From: Bilabrum cf. latius
Lineage: Eukaryota
Length of the DNA: 64,000 nucleotides
Direction of reading: 5' to 3'
Assembly: GCA_965178125.1 (NCBI GenBank)
Contig: OZ237758.1
Coordinates: forward strand, 124,001 to 188,000
Position numbers and translations under genes: made by a program. Below the pieces are notes generated by a model. That model saw nothing but the letters and a program-made list of their open reading frames with translations. It was not told the DNA's origin and made no database searches. Every line of letters begins with the position of its first letter. Position 1 is the stretch's first letter. Of the stretch, positions 59,301-64,000 are shown piece by piece.

Positions 59301-62300
59301 GATGGAGGGAGGCCCTCGAGTCCGCGGAGCGCTCGCACAAGGCGGCTCTAGAGGCTGCTGGCAAGGACAAGGAGGCTGCCGTGGACGCCGCGACCGAGGC
59401 AAATTGCCGCGCGGATCAGCTCGAATCATAGATCAAGGGCCTCCGAGACGAGCTGAGCCAGCTGCGAGAGCAGGCGGAGAAGTCCGAAGCCGGCCTGCAG
59501 GAGAACTTGGAAGAGGAGAGCCAGGCCAGGGCCAAGGCTGAGAGCGATGGCCGCGATGCCAAGCAGTCGCTGCAGGAGGCCAAGGAGCAGCTCGATGCGG
59601 CCCAGGGCAGGGCCCTCGCACTCGAGCAAGACCTCTCTCAGGTGCGAAGTGACCTGCGGGCTGCCCGCGCCGAAGCAGCAGGACTCCGAGCTGCCGCTTC
59701 CGCGTCCGAGGAGGCCCTCAGGGAACAACGGGTGGCGTGCGACGAGCTGAGGGCGAGGCTCAGGGAGATCACGCCAACCCGGCCCTCGACGGGTCGCAAG
59801 GAGCCTGCTGTTCCCCCCGGGTCCGGCTCCTCCACGGGCTCCTCGATGAGGGCCGCCATGCTGGAGGTGGCGGCGGCTCTGGGGCCCGGGACCCCCGAGT
59901 CGGAGGCACCGGGGGGGACTGGTGCGGGCGGGGTGGTCCAGGGGTGGCACGACCAGGACCGGGACCAGGACCGGGATCAAGACCGGGACCGGGAGGACCG
60001 CGACATCGTCACGCCGCTCCGGCCCATCGTCGGGGGTCATGCACAGGCTTAGGCCCAGGCCCGCACGGGCCAGAGCGGGCAGGGCGCGGTGGCGGAGACC
60101 CCCATGACCAAGATGCTGAGAGAGAGCAGGGCGAGCGCCGCCAGCGCTGCTGCCAGGAAGTTCAGCTTCGAGCAGTAGGAGCAGGCGGGGAGCGGGGCGC
60201 GGGACCGCGCCAGGACGGAACTGGGGAAGGCTCGTTCCATCGTGACTCGGCTGGAGGGGGACCTGGCAGCGGCCACAGCCCGCGCCGAGACCGCGGAGGC
60301 AAGGCTCCGCCGAATGGAGCAAGGCAAGACGAGGCAGGAGGGCGCGGGCGGCTCGGAGGGAGGCCAGGAGCATGGGGCCCTCAGGGAGGCGAGGCAAGCC
60401 GAGGCGCAGGCACTGGAGGAGCTTGCCCGCGCGAGGGCGAGGGCCTCGTCAGCGGAGCAAGCACTCCGCCGATCTGAGGAGGCAGGGGCCGAGCTGGAGC
60501 GGCGGCTGGAGGAGCTGCAGGGCGGTCTGCAGGAGACCAGGGGGCTCCTGCGGGAGGCGGAGGCCAGGGAACAAGGGGCGCTGCGCCGCGCGGAGGACGC
60601 CGAGAGCGATCTCGCGAGGGCGAGGGAAGAGGCAAGGGCCAGCACGCAGCGGGCGATCGAGGCCAGTGCGGCTCTCGAGGCGGTCAGGGACGAGGCAGAG
60701 ATCGGCTCGAACCTTGAGGCCGCGCGTCAGAAGGCCACGGGCGAATCGAGCTAGTGGTAGCAGCAGTCGCCAACCACTCTTGTGATCAGCAGTGGTAGAG
60801 GCGAGCAGCAGCAGCCCCGGCCCTACTCTGCGTCAGCCGCCCTCCAGCGCGCGCAGGACGAGGCACGGGAGGCGCGCGGCACCCTCGTTGCGGAGCAGGC
60901 AAGGTGCGAGTCGCTCCGTGCCTCTCTGGAGTCCAAGGGCGAGGAGGTCCAGGAGCTGCGCCGCCGGCTGGCCGGAGCCGAGCAGCAGGCCTCGTCTGAG
61001 AGAGCGGGCCGCGCCGCAGCCGAGCAGGACGCCGCTAGGTTGCGGGCCGCCGCGGCGTAGGGTGACGGGGCACTGGCCGAGTCTGTCCGCAGGGAACAGT
61101 CGCTGGCGGCCGAGTGCGCTGGGCTCAGGGAGCGGCTGGGCAAGGCGGACGCCGCGCTGGCCGTGGCAGGGGAGCGCCTCCGTGCCGCGGAGGGTCAGAT
61201 GCGGCAGGCGCAGGAAGAGGCCAGGGCGGACCGGGGACAGCTGCACGAGGCCAAAGAGGACGCCAAGGCCGCCAGGTGGGCGCTGGCCGACGCAGACGAT
61301 AGGCTGCGGCAGGCCCGCCAGGCGGCGAGCACCGCTGCTCAGGACCGGGAGGCCAAGCAGGCAGCGGAGCAGGAGGCCTCCGAGGCGAGGCGTGGGCTGA
61401 GGAGGGCGAGGCAGGCCCGGGCCGAGGCGGAGCGGAGGGAGGCCGGGATGCGGGAGAGACTAGAGGCCACCGAGCAAAAGCTGCAGCTTGCCGGTGCGAG
61501 GGCCAGGGAACAGGAGAGGCTGTGCGCGGAGGTGCAGGGACAGAACCGGGGCCTCGTGGCAGAGTGCGCCGCCCTGGCGAGAAGGCTCTCGCAGGGACCC
61601 GCGGCGAAGGTGCAGGCGCTGCAGCAGCAGCAGCAGGAGCAGGAGGATGGGAGCGAAATGCAGGGGTCATAGCACGAAGCGGCCGAGTCCACTGGTCGGT
61701 GTGCTATCGGGAAAGGACACTAGCAGAGGCAGGGGCAGGAGCAGAGGCTGCCGTCCAACTCCCCCACTGACGCAGGGCTCAAGCAGCAGGCGGCGGCCCC
61801 TGCGACCTTGGCCCTCAGGGCGCTGGCCGCATCTGGGACGCCGTCGGCCCAGCAACCTCCTGCCGATCCTCCCGTCCAGGCGCTGCGGGCCACGACCGCC
61901 CTGGGACTGGGGCAGGGACTGGGTCAGGGCACGGAGACCAGCACGAATGCCGTGCCTCAGCCCGCGCCCCTTGCTGCCTCAGTGGCTCTCGGGATGGGCA
62001 GGGCAACAAGGATGGAGCAGGCGCAGGGGCAGGCGCAGGCCTCGCCAGCGCCGTCCACGGCAACGTTCGGTGCCGGGCTCGGGCGCACTGCTGATTCGCT
62101 CGGATGGCAGCCGACTGGCACCGGCCACTCGTCACACGCTGCCACACTGGCCGAGAGAGTGCTCCATGAAACCAGGCGGCCAGTCCAGCAGCAGCAGCAG
62201 CAGCAGCAGTCTACTGGCAGCTAGCTCGAGGGCAAGGGCAAGGGCAGGAGTGAGATTGCAACTGCGGAGGAGAAGCCCTCCGTGACTGTGTGGCTGCTGC

Positions 62301-64000
62301 AGCGGCGCGTGGAGGCCCTGGAGAGGGAGAAGCAACAGCAACAGCAACTGCACTTCACGCAGAAGGACGAGGCCGCCAGTACCGGCAGCTGGTACGACAG
62401 TGCCGACGAACAAGAAGCGGGTGAAGAGGATGACACGCTCGAGGACTTGGTGTCACCCCCGGCGCAGCCGCACCCATCTTCACGCGGTAGCAGGACACGC
62501 AAGTCCACGCGGGCACGTGCCGCTTCTTCTTCTTCTTCTTCTGCGTCCAAGGGCAGCCGAGTCCGTGCTGGTTGCTCCTCCCGGAGAGGCGGGTCTGGTC
62601 ACAGGCAGCAGCGGATGCGCTCTCAACCAAGTGGCGCAGCGCGTGCCAGGGATACCAGCAGAAAGGGCAGAGGCAGGGACAGGGACAGGGTTAGCCGCAG
62701 CCATCGCCGGAGGGTGGCTTCCCTCTCGCCCGCATCTGCAGGGACCAGGGAGCTCGAGGCTGACGTATCGCCGCCAGCACCCGTCGCTGCACGCGGACGC
62801 GTTCACAGAGGGTCCAAGGCCCGCAGGGTCTCCACCCGGGCCGCGCGCACTGTCCCTAGCTCTGGTTCTGGGTCTGGCCCCGCCAAGGTGCTTCCCTGGG
62901 AGCATGCTGCAGGTTTGCATGCAGCTGGCCACGGCCGCATGGAATCGAGCGCATTTGCGCCCCTTGGGGAGGAGGACGAGACGGGGTCATATGCGGAGGA
63001 GTAGGAGACTGGCAGCTCGATGGTGGATGACTCAGGCGCGCTGAACACCGTGAGTGAGTCAAGGCACTACGTCGTTGAGGAGGAGGAGGAGGAGGACTCG
63101 AGGTTCGGGCCTTCCAATGGTGTCCTGCCAGCCGATTCCACGACTGACATGTCTGCGGCGCTGGACGAGGAGGAGCGCATGAGGATGAGGAGCAAGAGCA
63201 CAGCGGGAGCAGAATACGATGATGAGGAGGAGGAGCAGGAGCAGGAGCAGGAGGATACGTCGAATGGCAGTGACCTGCCAGCCCCGACGGCCCTCGTGTT
63301 CAGAGAGGCAGCCAAGGACCGGAGAGCATTCCCCCTCGCTGGCGCGAGAGCGAGGGGAGCGAGGGCGCCGGAGAACAAGGAGGGGAGGCGGCACGCAGCC
63401 GAGTCTGCCGCGAGGGTGAGGCGGTCCAAGTCTAGGAGCAGGGGCGCCAAGAGGAAGAGCAAGAGCAAGAGCAAGGGCAAGGACAGCGGTCAGCGCGAGG
63501 CCACTGGCGCGGCGATGCCTTGCAAGGCAGGTGGACCGCGACTGGTGGGACACACGCCTATCCGCGGCGCATCGGCGAACGCCCCTGCTCCCGCGTAGAT
63601 GGTGCCATGGGAGGCCCCCGGGCATGCCTCGCGGTCGCGTTCCCTCCCTCGTGGCGTGCATCGCACTGCGGGGCATGCCAGGCCAACGGCTGGGGCAAGC
63701 TCCCTTGGGACGGGGGCCGCCCCTCGGCGGGCAGCTCCCAAGGCCTCCCCGCACAAGGGGCCTGGTCGCAGAGCCGTGTCCACTCCGAGGAAGGACCACA
63801 AGGCGGGTGCTTCCAGGCCAGGGGTCGGGGTCGGGGGAGAGGCAGGGGCGCCTTCCGCTGCCCTCGGTACGACGGGGCCTGGGCGTGCCCCCGCCGGACC
63901 GGTCAGCTGGAACACTCGTCATCTCAGCAGCAACAGTAGTCACACTAGTAGCTCCCGGCCAGTGGGGCCATCTCTTGCTCGGCCGGGAAGCTCGCTACCT
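56315..64000 (+). CDS. Giant coiled-coil protein (>2500 aa, runs off the window); exon 56315-56371, intron 56372-56476; 18 in-frame TAG
   Basis: Eleven ORF pieces from 56471 to 63598 share frame 2 and are separated only by TAG. E/A/Q/R-rich heptad-like sequence. GTAAGT...TTGCAG intron. No TAA/TGA to the window end. Confidence 0.8.
57821..58072 (+). repeat. 42-bp coding tandem repeat x6 (AE[DE]EKQQALQAQ[KE]A)
   Basis: Units start at 57821, 57863, 57905, 57947, 57989 and 58031. Confidence 0.93.

Noticed and set aside
5147-64000. Mass pseudogenisation or sequencing error as the cause of internal stops
   Set aside because: Interruptions are almost exclusively TAG, frames are preserved over thousands of codons and catalytic motifs are intact. 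Random decay or error would also give TAA, TGA and frameshifts.
1-64000. tRNA-Gln(CUA) or eRF1 gene in the window
   Set aside because: No cloverleaf or release-factor motif was recognised by eye. The decoding machinery must be sought elsewhere with tRNAscan-SE or HMM searches.

Overview
Compact, GC-rich eukaryotic (protist-like) nuclear DNA. It has short GT-AG introns near gene 5' ends and about 20 protein-coding genes, many in head-to-head pairs. The main result is that the supplied ORF track is fragmented because this genome appears not to use TAG as a stop. By hand count, more than 80 in-frame TAG codons interrupt otherwise continuous genes. Several fall at positions where the protein family has a conserved Gln (PCC-alpha ERECSI*RRNQK; aminopropyltransferase LDGKT*SA; rhomboid-like G*LWRLL), inside poly-Q runs, or opposite CAG in paralogous copies. 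Reconstructed genes end in TGA (once TAA), and I found no in-frame TAA/TGA in the intact genes. This points to a UAG=Gln nuclear code with UAA/UGA kept as stops (equivalent to NCBI table 15). Genes recovered under this code: LRR protein (partial), 14-3-3, MINDY-like deubiquitinase, amino-acid transporter, UBAC2-like protein, golgin-84-like protein, divergent eIF3b, Nma111/DegP7-like protease, FAIM-like-domain protein, RAP-domain protein, a small acylated SHP-box protein, propionyl-CoA carboxylase alpha, glutaminyl cyclase, aminopropyltransferase, a tandem-duplicated orphan pair, a repeat-rich orphan, cysteine synthase, myosin, a TBC-like/5'-nucleotidase fusion and a giant coiled-coil protein (partial). 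No tRNA, rRNA, CRISPR array or recognisable transposon was seen. All family calls come from motif recognition by eye, not database searches.
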